A stretch of DNA of 36,627 nucleotides from Candidatus Woesearchaeota archaeon (GCA_964598515.1 CAZRBZ010000001.1:1-36627); one strand, 5' to 3'; shown: positions 17,095 through 26,344, numbered from the stretch's first letter. Numbers and translations are program-made. The notes: generated by a model not told the origin, from the sequence alone.

Positions 17095-17301
17095 TTATTT
17101 AACTTTAAGAGATTCTGCTTCTTTTCTCTTATGTTTCATAAATCTAGATAAGTAACCAGCCATTTTATTTCTCATTCTTTTTGATGGCATTTCTTGTCCT
17201 AGAATTTTTTTATTTTTGTTAAAATCTTCATTGAATTCAATTCCTTCGTTCATTAATTCTTGTGAAGATCTTTTCACTTGTTTTGATTTTATTTTTCCCA
17301 T
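17095..17301 (-). CDS. rps17e: 30S ribosomal protein eS17 (S17e)
   Basis: 68 aa. MGKIKSKQVKRSSQEL ... SKRMRNKMAGYLSR is typical of archaeal S17e. Confidence 0.9.
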   Translation of the reverse strand: MGKIKSKQVKRSSQELMNEGIEFNEDFNKNKKILGQEMPSKRMRNKMAGYLSRFMKHKRKEAESLKVK

Positions 17302-17344
17302 GATTATCCTTATTTTATTTTATTTTTAAAGGTTTTGATTGGTT

Positions 17345-18244
17345 TTATTCAATTTTTTCTATTGAATAGAGGTTTTTTATAGCAGATATAAAGTTTGTTG
17401 TTTTTTTGGCTGGTTCGCCTAAAGTAAATATGATGTATTTCAAGTTATATTCTTTAGCTTTTTTGTATGCATTTATTATGTCTAATTCTGTTAATCTTTT
17501 TTTGTTATATGCAATTAAAATTTTTTCTGTTTCTTTATCTTTAATTTTTAATGTTAAATCTCCTTTTGAGAATCCCATTATATCTGTAATTTCAATTTGT
17601 TTTTTTGTTAAATATTCTTTTATTGTGTTAAAAAATCTTTCATTTTTTTTATTTTGAGCTTTTGTTTTTGCAGGTGTTTTCTTTTTTGTTGGTTTTTTGA
17701 GAAGCTTTTCTTTTTGGACATTTTCTTTTTGTTTAGGTTTTTCTTTTTCTTCAATTTTATTTAATGTTTTTTGTCCATTCGAAACTATTGATTGTGGCAG
17801 AGGGTGTTTTATTTCTTCTTTTGGATTATATTCTTCTTTGGTTATAAAATATTTCCAAATTATTTTTTCATTTTTTTGAAATGGTTTTGCAAAATCTTTA
17901 ATTGATCTTAATGCTACCTGAATTGCTGGTTCTTGTTCTGAATCTATTAAGAATTTTTTTTGTTGTAATATTAAAAATGCTTCTTTTTCTTTTGATTTTA
18001 GATATTCTATAGCATATTTTTCTAATTGCTCTTCTGTTCCCTCAATATAATAAACTGGACTTCCGCCTACTTTCATATTTGTAATTTTAATCTTTTTTTG
18101 AGATAATAGTTCTGATAAGAATGCTGAGGTGAAAAGAGAGTCAATTTGTATGTTTCTTGCGATTGGTATTGGAATATTTGGACCATTTGTTTTTAGGAAT
18201 TCTATTATTGATTCTTTTATTTTAGTTGTATCTTTAGTTGGCAT
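17345..18244 (-). CDS. winged-helix-like DNA-binding protein with Lys-rich linker (hypothetical)
   Basis: The N-terminus ESIIEFLKTNGPNIPIPIARNIQIDSLFTSAFLSELLSQKKIKITNMKVGGSPVYY resembles a TFE/TFIIE-type winged helix. It has a central K/E-rich linker and a conserved-looking C-terminal about 90 aa. Function is not recognised. Confidence 0.6.
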   Translation of the reverse strand: MPTKDTTKIKESIIEFLKTNGPNIPIPIARNIQIDSLFTSAFLSELLSQKKIKITNMKVGGSPVYYIEGTEEQLEKYAIEYLKSKEKEAFLILQQKKFLIDSEQEPAIQVALRSIKDFAKPFQKNEKIIWKYFITKEEYNPKEEIKHPLPQSIVSNGQKTLNKIEEKEKPKQKENVQKEKLLKKPTKKKTPAKTKAQNKKNERFFNTIKEYLTKKQIEITDIMGFSKGDLTLKIKDKETEKILIAYNKKRLTELDIINAYKKAKEYNLKYIIFTLGEPAKKTTNFISAIKNLYSIEKIE

Positions 18245-18413
18245 AATAGAAAAAGAAGTTAAAATTTTATAAAGGTTTTTAGTTGTGGGGAGACAAAATT
18301 TTTAACAATTATAGTTTGCGTTTAGCCCATCTCTCCCACCCAATAGTTGTTAAAAATTTCTATGAATTCTCTGGAAAAGTTTGATTAAATTAATGTTTTG
18401 AAAATAAATGAAA

Positions 18414-18578
18414 TTAAATTACAAATTTTATCATGAAATAAATGAAAGTAATTATTAATATAAAAATACCAATTCCAATTAATTTATCTTTTAGAGAGAT
18501 GTGAAATTTTCCTTTGCCTTTTTTTAATGGACGTTCTGGTTCATATTTTTGTAGGCCTGGATTAAATTTCCCTTTCAT
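18414..18578 (-). CDS. possible 54-aa tail-anchored membrane protein (below the ORF-track cutoff)
   Basis: Own translation: MKGKFNPGLQKYEPERPLKKGKGKFHISLKDKLIGIGIFILIITFIYFMIKFVI. The ATG (18576-18578) immediately follows the endA stop (18579-18581). Confidence 0.3.
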   Translation of the reverse strand: MKGKFNPGLQKYEPERPLKKGKGKFHISLKDKLIGIGIFILIITFIYFMIKFVI

Positions 18579-19253
18579 TTAAGGTTTAGTCCATTTAATC
18601 TCGTAATAGGTTATTTGGTTTTCTTCATCTACAATTGCTAGAAGTACGTTTTTGTTTGTTGAGTGTGCTACCCTATTTTTTGCTGCGAATTCATGCCATG
18701 TTGTTTTATTGTTTTCGTGATCTGTGAATATAATCCATTTTGAATGTTCTTTTCCTGGTTTTTTTCCTTTTTCATATGCTCTGAATTCTGCACCGAATTT
18801 TAATGCTGTTTTTATTACATATCCTTTAATTCTTAAATCTTTGAATACTGCATATTTTATTAGAAATTTTTTATCTGCTTTTGTAAATTTTTGGATTAGT
18901 TGATCAGCTGTTAGCAATTTATTGTTTTGATATATATCCATTTTTTCATTTTGAACTAAAAATAATCCTTCAGATAAGGTGTATTTTATTTTATCCTCAA
19001 TATGTTCTCCGAATGAAGATTGTTTGCAATAAGAATATGCTTGTTTTGAATTGGTTGTTAATGTGTTTCCTATTAAATGTGCGATGATTTCTTTTTTTGG
19101 GAATTTTTCTTCTTTTTTTTCTTTTGTGGTGGGCACTATTTTTTTGGGTGTTGAATTAGCTTTCTTTTTCACCGGTTTCTTTTTTGTTGATTTTTTAAAA
19201 GCCTTTTTTTTCTTTGTTTCTCTTTTTTGTTTACCAAATACAAATAGTGACAT
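18579..19253 (-). CDS. endA: tRNA-splicing endonuclease EndA with Lys-rich N-terminal extension
   Basis: The catalytic domain LRIKGYVIKTALKFGAEFRAYEKGKKPGKEHSKWIIF ... RVAHSTNKNVLLAIV matches the archaeal EndA signature. Confidence 0.9.
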   Translation of the reverse strand: MSLFVFGKQKRETKKKKAFKKSTKKKPVKKKANSTPKKIVPTTKEKKEEKFPKKEIIAHLIGNTLTTNSKQAYSYCKQSSFGEHIEDKIKYTLSEGLFLVQNEKMDIYQNNKLLTADQLIQKFTKADKKFLIKYAVFKDLRIKGYVIKTALKFGAEFRAYEKGKKPGKEHSKWIIFTDHENNKTTWHEFAAKNRVAHSTNKNVLLAIVDEENQITYYEIKWTKP

Positions 19254-19331
19254 ATAAATAGATTGTTAATGATGTTTAAAAGGTTTTTTGGAACAAAAAT
19301 TTATTAAAACCTCTTGTCTTTTATTTTTTGT

Positions 19332-21791
19332 ATGGTAGAAATTAATTTTAAAGTTATTGAAGAAAAATGGCAAAAAAAATGGGAAGAAGAATCTACTTTT
19401 GTTGCTAATGATAATTCTGAGAAGCCAAGATATTATGTTCTTGAAATGTTTCCGTATCCTTCGGGTTCTGGGCTTCACATGGGGCATGCTTGGAATTATA
19501 CAATTGGAGATATTTTGGCGAGATTTAAAATTATGAATGGATTCAATGTTCTTCATCCAATGGGTTATGATGCTTTAGGACTTCCTGCTGAAAATGCAGC
19601 AATTAAAGATGGAATTCATCCTGGAGATTATACTGAAGCTGCAATCAAAAATTATATTAGACAACAAAAATCTTTAGGTTTAACTTATGATTGGTCTAGA
19701 ATTTTGAAGACTTCTTCTCCTGATTATTATCGTTGGGATCAGTGGATTTTTTTAAAGATGTTTGAGAAAGGCTTAGCTTATCAGAAAGAGTCTAGTGTTA
19801 ATTGGTGTCCTAGTTGTGAAACAGTTCTTGCAAATGAGCAAGCACAAAATGGAACTTGTGATAGATGTGATTCTAAGGTTGAGATTAAACATTTGAAACA
19901 GTGGTTTTTGAAAATTACTGATTATGCTGATGAGCTTTATGAGAATTTGGATAATATGAAAGGTTGGCCTGAGAGAACTCGTGCCATGCAAAAACATTGG
20001 ATTGGAAAGAGTTATGGGACTGAAATTGATTTTGAGATAAATGGTGAAAAATGGCCTGTTTTTACAACTCGTCCGGATACAATTTTTGGAGTTACTTTTA
20101 TGGTTATTTCTGCACAACATAAAAAATTAAGGGATTTAGTTACTGAAGAGCAAAAGGGAGAAGTTGAAAAGTTTTTGAAGAAGTTGGGTTCTGTTTCTGA
20201 AAAGGAGGTGGCAGATATGGAAAAGGAAGGGGTTTTTACTGGTTCGTATGCTGTGAATCCTGTCAATGGGGAGAAAGTTCTGGTTTATGTAGGAAATTTT
20301 GTCGTTGCTGATTATGGTTCTGGAATGGTTATGGCTGTTCCTGCACATGATAAACGAGATTTTGAATTTGCAAAGAAGTATGGTATTAAGATTAAACCTG
20401 TAATTAATCCAACTGATTTTGATTTTGGAAAAATTTTAGAAGAAGCTTATACTGAAAAGGGGAGTTTGATGAATTCTGGAGATTTTAATAATTTAGATAG
20501 TGATGAAGCTAAAAAGAAAATTACTAAATGGTTGGAGGAGAAGGGTGTTGGTAGAAAGACTTTGAATTTTAGATTAAGGGATTGGGGAATTTCTCGTCAG
20601 AGATATTGGGGGGCTCCGATACCAATTATTCATTGTGAAAAGTGTGGGAATGTTCCAGTTCCTGAAAAAGATTTACCTGTGATTTTGCCGAAAGAAGTTA
20701 AATTTGGCGAAGGTAATCCTCTGGAAACCAATAAAGATTGGATTAAAGTCAAATGTCCGAAATGTGGGGGTGAAGCTAAACGAGAAACTGATACTATGGA
20801 TACTTTTGTGAATTCTTCTTGGTATTTTATGAGATATTGTGATCCAAATAATGATTCAAGAATTTTTGATAAAGAGAAAGTTAAATTATGGTGCCCAGTT
20901 GATAGTTATATTGGTGGTGCGGAACATGCATGTATGCATTTGATTTATTCTAGATTTTATACTAAATTTTTGAAAGATTTGGGATTAATAGATTTTGATG
21001 AACCTGCTAAGACTTTGTTTCATCAAGGTATGCTTATGGGTGAGGATGGAGTGAAGATGAGCAAGTCTAAAGGAAATGTGATTTTACCTGAAACAGTTTC
21101 CGATAAATATGGAATTGATACTGCAAGATTTTTTTTATCTAGTTTGGCTTCACCTGACAAGGATATTGATTGGTCTGAAAAAGGGATTGTTGGTTCGTTA
21201 AGATTTGTAAAAAAGATTTTTGATTTTGTTGAAAATTTTGAATTGAAGGAAGATTCGGAAAAATTAATTATTAAATTGAATAATGTGATTAAAAATGTTA
21301 CAGATTATTATTCTAATTTTCAATATAGGAAGGCAACGATTGAACTGAGGGAATTATTTGATTTGATTATTGGGGTTGGTTGTTCTAAAAAAAGTTTTGA
21401 AATTGCTTTGAAGTTATTAAATCCTATTTGTCCACATATTACTGAGGAGCTTTGGGAGAAAATTGGCAATTCTGGATTTATTTCAGTTTCAGATTGGCCG
21501 AAGTTTGATGAGAATAAATTGAAAATACATAAGAAGGAAATTGATTTAAACGCAAAAGTTCTTGAGAATGTTGAAGTGATGATTAAGAAGTTAGAAGAGA
21601 AGGGCAATGAAATTAAAAAAGTTTATTTGTATGTAATTCCGTTTGAACTTTCGAAGTATAATGTTAAGATTTTGGAAAAAGAGTGGGGAAAAAAAGTGGC
21701 AGTTTATTCTGTTAAGGATGAGAAGAAGTATGATCCACAAGGAAAAAGTAAGAAGGCGAGGCCTGGACAACCTGGTGTTTATTTTGAGTGA
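19332..21791 (+). CDS. leuS: leucyl-tRNA synthetase, bacterial-type architecture
   Basis: YVLEMFPYPSGSGLHMGH (HIGH region) and KMSKSKGN. About 820 aa. The N-terminus VIEEKWQKKWEE is typical. The ATG at 19332 is preferred over the TTG at 19314. Confidence 0.95.
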   Translation: MVEINFKVIEEKWQKKWEEESTFVANDNSEKPRYYVLEMFPYPSGSGLHMGHAWNYTIGDILARFKIMNGFNVLHPMGYDALGLPAENAAIKDGIHPGDYTEAAIKNYIRQQKSLGLTYDWSRILKTSSPDYYRWDQWIFLKMFEKGLAYQKESSVNWCPSCETVLANEQAQNGTCDRCDSKVEIKHLKQWFLKITDYADELYENLDNMKGWPERTRAMQKHWIGKSYGTEIDFEINGEKWPVFTTRPDTIFGVTFMVISAQHKKLRDLVTEEQKGEVEKFLKKLGSVSEKEVADMEKEGVFTGSYAVNPVNGEKVLVYVGNFVVADYGSGMVMAVPAHDKRDFEFAKKYGIKIKPVINPTDFDFGKILEEAYTEKGSLMNSGDFNNLDSDEAKKKITKWLEEKGVGRKTLNFRLRDWGISRQRYWGAPIPIIHCEKCGNVPVPEKDLPVILPKEVKFGEGNPLETNKDWIKVKCPKCGGEAKRETDTMDTFVNSSWYFMRYCDPNNDSRIFDKEKVKLWCPVDSYIGGAEHACMHLIYSRFYTKFLKDLGLIDFDEPAKTLFHQGMLMGEDGVKMSKSKGNVILPETVSDKYGIDTARFFLSSLASPDKDIDWSEKGIVGSLRFVKKIFDFVENFELKEDSEKLIIKLNNVIKNVTDYYSNFQYRKATIELRELFDLIIGVGCSKKSFEIALKLLNPICPHITEELWEKIGNSGFISVSDWPKFDENKLKIHKKEIDLNAKVLENVEVMIKKLEEKGNEIKKVYLYVIPFELSKYNVKILEKEWGKKVAVYSVKDEKKYDPQGKSKKARPGQPGVYFE

Positions 21792-22047
21792 TTTTTGTTT
21801 CTTTTTTGTTTATACGTTGTTATTTGTTTGCTTGTGTAATGGATTACACGGCGCAAATAAATGTCTAGTCTAAACGAAAAAATAAATCAAAAATGGGGTA
21901 GAAAAAAAGAGGAAATTATAAAACAAGGATTTTGTTTTTGTGATTTTCTGTTAATTCTTTTTTTAACAAACATTTTGAAACAATCGTTTTCTAAAATACC
22001 GATTTATTTGGCTAAATCTTTATAAGTGAAAAACGTTTTTACGTTAT

Positions 22048-22521
22048 ATGATTGATAAAAAAGAATTGATAAAAGAGATTGAAAAAGAATTTAAAAAAAC
22101 TAAAGAGGAATTAGAATTTAATGCGACTTTTGAAGAATTGGAGGAGGCTTTTAGAATTTATGATGGAGTTATTTCTTCTGAATTTGTTAGCACTAATTTT
22201 TCTAGGCAGATTTGTTCTCGAATTCTTGATAATTATATGGGTTGGCATAATTATTTGAATGGTATTTTGATGCCCAATGCTGGATTTCTTGCTAGTCAAA
22301 CAGAGGCTAATTTATTTAATAATAAAGAAGATAGGGAGATGATTTGGAAATTAATTAAAAAGACAATGGAATTTTCTACAACACATTCTTTAATTGGTTT
22401 AACTAAGAATAAAGAACTTGAAGCAAAATATATTGATGAAACTTTAAATTATTGGAATGAATTTTTTGATCCAAGTATTAAAGGTATTTTGTTGAGGGCT
22501 AATGAAGCTTGGAAGGAATAG
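22048..22521 (+). CDS. hypothetical protein
   Basis: 157-aa ORF in an otherwise empty interval. No recognisable motif. Confidence 0.45.
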   Translation: MIDKKELIKEIEKEFKKTKEELEFNATFEELEEAFRIYDGVISSEFVSTNFSRQICSRILDNYMGWHNYLNGILMPNAGFLASQTEANLFNNKEDREMIWKLIKKTMEFSTTHSLIGLTKNKELEAKYIDETLNYWNEFFDPSIKGILLRANEAWKE

Positions 22522-22864
22522 GGGCTTTTTGTTTTTAATTTAAAAAATTAATTAATTAAAATTTCCAGATAGGCTTTTATTACATCAAGTTCAGATTGAT
22601 ATTAAATTTGTATCTCCCTAAAGTAAACATCAATTAACTTTAGATTTTTGAAATATTTGGTGAGTTTTAATAATTTTTTTGAGAAAGAGGTGTAAATAAT
22701 TTAACTTTTTAACGAAAAAATTTTTTTGCTTGTATATAATAGTTAAAATTTTGTGGGTGCAATAATTATAATAAAATAATTTGAAAACTTTTTTAGAAGA
22801 TTTGGGGATTGGTTTAAGAGGTTATTTAGTTAGTTTTATTAATTGTTTTTTATTAATTGTTTTA

Positions 22865-23944
22865 ATGGAAGAAAAATTTTTAATTGAGAAAACAGGGGGA
22901 GTGAAAAAACATTATTCTAAATATTGGGTCATTGGTTTTTTTGCTTTTGCTTTGGGTTTTTTTACAATTTATGCTTTATTAAATTTTACTGGAGAAATTG
23001 AACAAGAATTAATTTGTGGTGATGGAACTCCTTTTAATAGCTGTTCTTTGAATGAACCTTATTATTGTAAAGATAATGTTTTAATAGAAAATATTGAGGA
23101 ATGTGGATGTCCTAAGGTTTTAAGAAATTTAGGAAATGCTTGTTTTTCTTCTAATTATGTTGAAGAAAAAGATATCAGTTTAAAATATATTTTTGAGAAA
23201 GAAAAAAAATTTATTGATTTGCCAATTTATGAGGGAGTTATTAATTATCTTAATACATTACCTCGTTCACTTATTACAATTAATGGGGAAAATTATAGTA
23301 GGAGGGATTTTAAATTAATGAAAATAGATAATGAGTTGCAAAGAGAAGCTTTGATGCCATTAGTTATCAAAATTCAAAATCTTGCTCCTTGGTCTAAAGA
23401 TTTACAAGCTCAAATTGCAATAAGTTTAGTTCAAAATATTCCTTATGGTGAACCTGATTATGTTGATGTTTTTGGTGGAAGATTTGAGGTTAGGCTTTCT
23501 AGATATCCTTACCAAACTTTGGAAGAACATTTTGGATCTTGTGAATGCAAATCAGAGTTACTTGTATTTTTATTGAGAGAATTAGGATTTGAGGTTGGTT
23601 TATTTTATTATCAAGAAGAAAATCATGAGGCAGTGGGAATTAAATGTCCTGAAAAATATTCTTTGAATAATACAGGATATTGTTTTGTTGAAACAACTTT
23701 GCCTGCTCCTATTTCATATGATCGTGGAAGATATCAAGGTCCAAAAGGAAGTGCAGTTTTAGGAAATTATACGGAATTTTTATTTATTTCTGAGGGGATT
23801 AGTTTAAGTGACAATTTAAATGATTATTCTGATGCTAATGTTTTGGGAAAATTAGTTGATAAAGTTGATGAAAAAGGTTATCTGAATTATTTTGAGAAAA
23901 AAAGATTTGATAATCTTAGAGAAAAATATGGTCTTATTTATTGA
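22865..23944 (+). CDS. membrane-anchored transglutaminase-like cysteine protease-fold protein
   Basis: TM YWVIGFFAFALGFFTIYALLNF, a Cys-rich ectodomain, then FGSCECKSELLVFLLRELGFEV ... ENHEAVGIKC ... GYCFVETT (a Cys/His/acidic pattern like the transglutaminase core). An upstream TTG at 22781 is an alternative start. Confidence 0.6.
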   Translation: MEEKFLIEKTGGVKKHYSKYWVIGFFAFALGFFTIYALLNFTGEIEQELICGDGTPFNSCSLNEPYYCKDNVLIENIEECGCPKVLRNLGNACFSSNYVEEKDISLKYIFEKEKKFIDLPIYEGVINYLNTLPRSLITINGENYSRRDFKLMKIDNELQREALMPLVIKIQNLAPWSKDLQAQIAISLVQNIPYGEPDYVDVFGGRFEVRLSRYPYQTLEEHFGSCECKSELLVFLLRELGFEVGLFYYQEENHEAVGIKCPEKYSLNNTGYCFVETTLPAPISYDRGRYQGPKGSAVLGNYTEFLFISEGISLSDNLNDYSDANVLGKLVDKVDEKGYLNYFEKKRFDNLREKYGLIY

Positions 23945-23991
23945 TGCTTTATCATATAAATAATTAAAAGATTGTTTTGATTTATTTTTTT

Positions 23992-24612
23992 ATGGATATT
24001 GTTAAATTGGTTGAATTGGTTGATGAGAATTTGAATATTAAACCTACTTTTTTTGAATTAAAAGAATTTTATAAATTTTCTTCTAATTCTGTTTTATATT
24101 ATTATTCTTTTAATCAGGATCAAGTTAATCTTGGGGAAAATTTTAAATATTTTCTTAATCCTAAAAAAGGAGATGAAAAAATTTTTATGGATTCTCCTAG
24201 TTTTCATATGAATTCCTTTAATTATTATGCTCTCATTGTTGAAGAAATGATAAATAATTTGAATAAAGATCAGAGTAAAAATTTTAAGAATTTTAAGAAT
24301 TTACAAGAAAGTTATTCTTTTTTTGAATATGAATCTAAATATTTATTTGGGAAGAGAAATATTAATGGAGAGGATTATTCTGGTTCTGAAAATGAAATAT
24401 TAATGAAATATAATTCTTGTAAAAAATTTATTTTATCTATGGCAATAATACATCAAAATTTTTTAAAAACAAAAATATATTCAAAGTATTTTGAAGAAGT
24501 TGAGGATGAAATTAAAAGTTTAAAAAAAGTAGGCAATAAAATTAGAAATATTAATAAATGTAATAATTATTTATTGAAATTGTATGGATTGGAAAATTTT
24601 ATTCTAAAATAG
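23992..24612 (+). CDS. hypothetical protein
   Basis: About 206-aa N/K/F-rich ORF. Its 3' end overlaps the alaS 3' end by 14 nt (convergent). No family recognised. Confidence 0.4.
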   Translation: MDIVKLVELVDENLNIKPTFFELKEFYKFSSNSVLYYYSFNQDQVNLGENFKYFLNPKKGDEKIFMDSPSFHMNSFNYYALIVEEMINNLNKDQSKNFKNFKNLQESYSFFEYESKYLFGKRNINGEDYSGSENEILMKYNSCKKFILSMAIIHQNFLKTKIYSKYFEEVEDEIKSLKKVGNKIRNINKCNNYLLKLYGLENFILK

Positions 24613-26344
24613 CTTTTATTCTTCTGATGCCCGAAGAAGATGATTGTTCTTTTATTATTTTAAAATTTCCTAATTCCTTTGTATTCTTTACATGTGGTCC
24701 TGTACAAATTTCTTTTGAAAAATTTCCTATTGTATAAATTGAAACTTTATCTCCATATTTAGAATCAAATATTCCTTGTGCACCTTTTTCTTTTGCTTCT
24801 TGAGGAGACATTTCATTTCGTGTAACTTCCTGATTTTTTTTTATTTCTTGGTTAACTAATTTTTCTATTTCTTTTTTTTCTTCGTCTGTTAATTTCTTAT
24901 CAAAATTAAAATCTAATCTTAATCTTTCTGAATTTATATTTGAACCTTTTTGTTGGATTTTTGGTCCTAATATTTTTTGTAATGCTGCAAGTAATAAATG
25001 TGCTGCCGTATGGAGTTTTGTTGTTGTCTCTGAGTTGTCGACTAATCCTGATTTGAATTTTCCAGCAGCTGCGGTTTGTGATAATTTTTGGTGCTTTTTT
25101 AATTCTGTTTTAAAATCTTTAGGATTGAAAGAAATATTTTGTTCTTTTGCTAATTCTTCAATCATTTCTAGTGGGAAGCCGTATGATTGATAGAGCAAGA
25201 ATGATTCTTTTCCATCTATTTTGTTGTTTTTGGATATTTTTTCAAATTCTCTCAATCCTTTGTCTAATGTTTTTTTAAATTTTTCTTCTTCTTTTTTTAA
25301 TTCTGATAAAATCAAATTTTCTTTTAATTTATAATCAGGATATATCTTGAAAATTTCTTTTGCTATTTTATTTATTGCGTTTATTTCTAATATTTTTGGG
25401 TCTAATTTTTTTAAATTTCTAACGGCCCTCCTAATTAATCTTCTTAGAACATATCCTTGTTCTGAATTTCCTGGAACAATTCCATCGTTAATTATAAAAC
25501 ATGCAGCTTTTAGATGATCTGCAATTATTCTCATTTCTTTTTCATTTCTTCTGTAAGATTTGTTTGATAATTCTTCTATTTTTTCAATTATAGGTTTCCA
25601 TACTTCTGATTCATAATTATCTTCTAAATTATTTAGAATTGTTAACATTCTTTCTATGCCCATGCCGGTGTCAATATTTTTTTGTTTTGCTTCTATATAT
25701 TTTCCTTTTTTTGTTTTTTCATATCCCATTAACACATCATTCCAAATCTCTACCCAGTTTTTGTCTTTAGGATTAAAAATTTCTGGGGCGGGAATATTAT
25801 TTAATTTCCAATAAAACATTTCTGTATCTGGTCCACATGGTCCAACTTCTCCTGCTGGTCCCCACCAATTATCTTTTTTGCTGAGAAAAGCAATTTTTTC
25901 TTTTTTTATTCCAAGAGATTCCCATATTTTTGCTGCTTCTTCGTCTTTTGGTGCATCTTTATCTCCTTCAAAAACAGTTACTGCAAATCTTTCTAAAGAA
26001 ATTTTTAAGATTTTAATTAAAAATTCAAATGAATATTCAATGGCTTCTTTTTTGAAATAATCTCCTAAAGACCAATTACCTAACATTTCAAAAAAAGTGT
26101 GGTGTGTTGTATTTCCTACTTCTTCAATGTCTCCTGTTCGGATACATCTTTGAATATTTATGAGTTTTTTCCCTTGTGGGTGTGGTTGTCCAGATAAGAA
26201 GGGTATTAATGGATGCATTCCTGCGGTGGTGAATAAAACGGTTGAATCATTTTCTGGAACTAATGAATAATTTTGAATTTCTTTATGGTCTTTTGATTTG
26301 AAAAATTCTATATATTTTTTGATCAATTGTTTACGAGTTATCAT
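24599..26344 (-). CDS. alaS: alanyl-tRNA synthetase, short bacterial-type form (581 aa, no C-Ala domain)
   Basis: LFTTAGMHPLIPFL and HHTFFEMLGNWSLGDYFKKEAI (bacterial-type class II core). Editing-domain motifs HTAAHLL and CTGPHV. The protein ends right after the editing domain. Confidence 0.95.
   Translation of the reverse strand: MITRKQLIKKYIEFFKSKDHKEIQNYSLVPENDSTVLFTTAGMHPLIPFLSGQPHPQGKKLINIQRCIRTGDIEEVGNTTHHTFFEMLGNWSLGDYFKKEAIEYSFEFLIKILKISLERFAVTVFEGDKDAPKDEEAAKIWESLGIKKEKIAFLSKKDNWWGPAGEVGPCGPDTEMFYWKLNNIPAPEIFNPKDKNWVEIWNDVLMGYEKTKKGKYIEAKQKNIDTGMGIERMLTILNNLEDNYESEVWKPIIEKIEELSNKSYRRNEKEMRIIADHLKAACFIINDGIVPGNSEQGYVLRRLIRRAVRNLKKLDPKILEINAINKIAKEIFKIYPDYKLKENLILSELKKEEEKFKKTLDKGLREFEKISKNNKIDGKESFLLYQSYGFPLEMIEELAKEQNISFNPKDFKTELKKHQKLSQTAAAGKFKSGLVDNSETTTKLHTAAHLLLAALQKILGPKIQQKGSNINSERLRLDFNFDKKLTDEEKKEIEKLVNQEIKKNQEVTRNEMSPQEAKEKGAQGIFDSKYGDKVSIYTIGNFSKEICTGPHVKNTKELGNFKIIKEQSSSSGIRRIKAILE

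Noticed and set aside
19266-19556. 96-aa minus-strand ORF overlapping the leuS start
   Set aside because: It overlaps the conserved N-terminus of LeuRS and the endA-leuS divergent promoter region. It has no recognisable motif.
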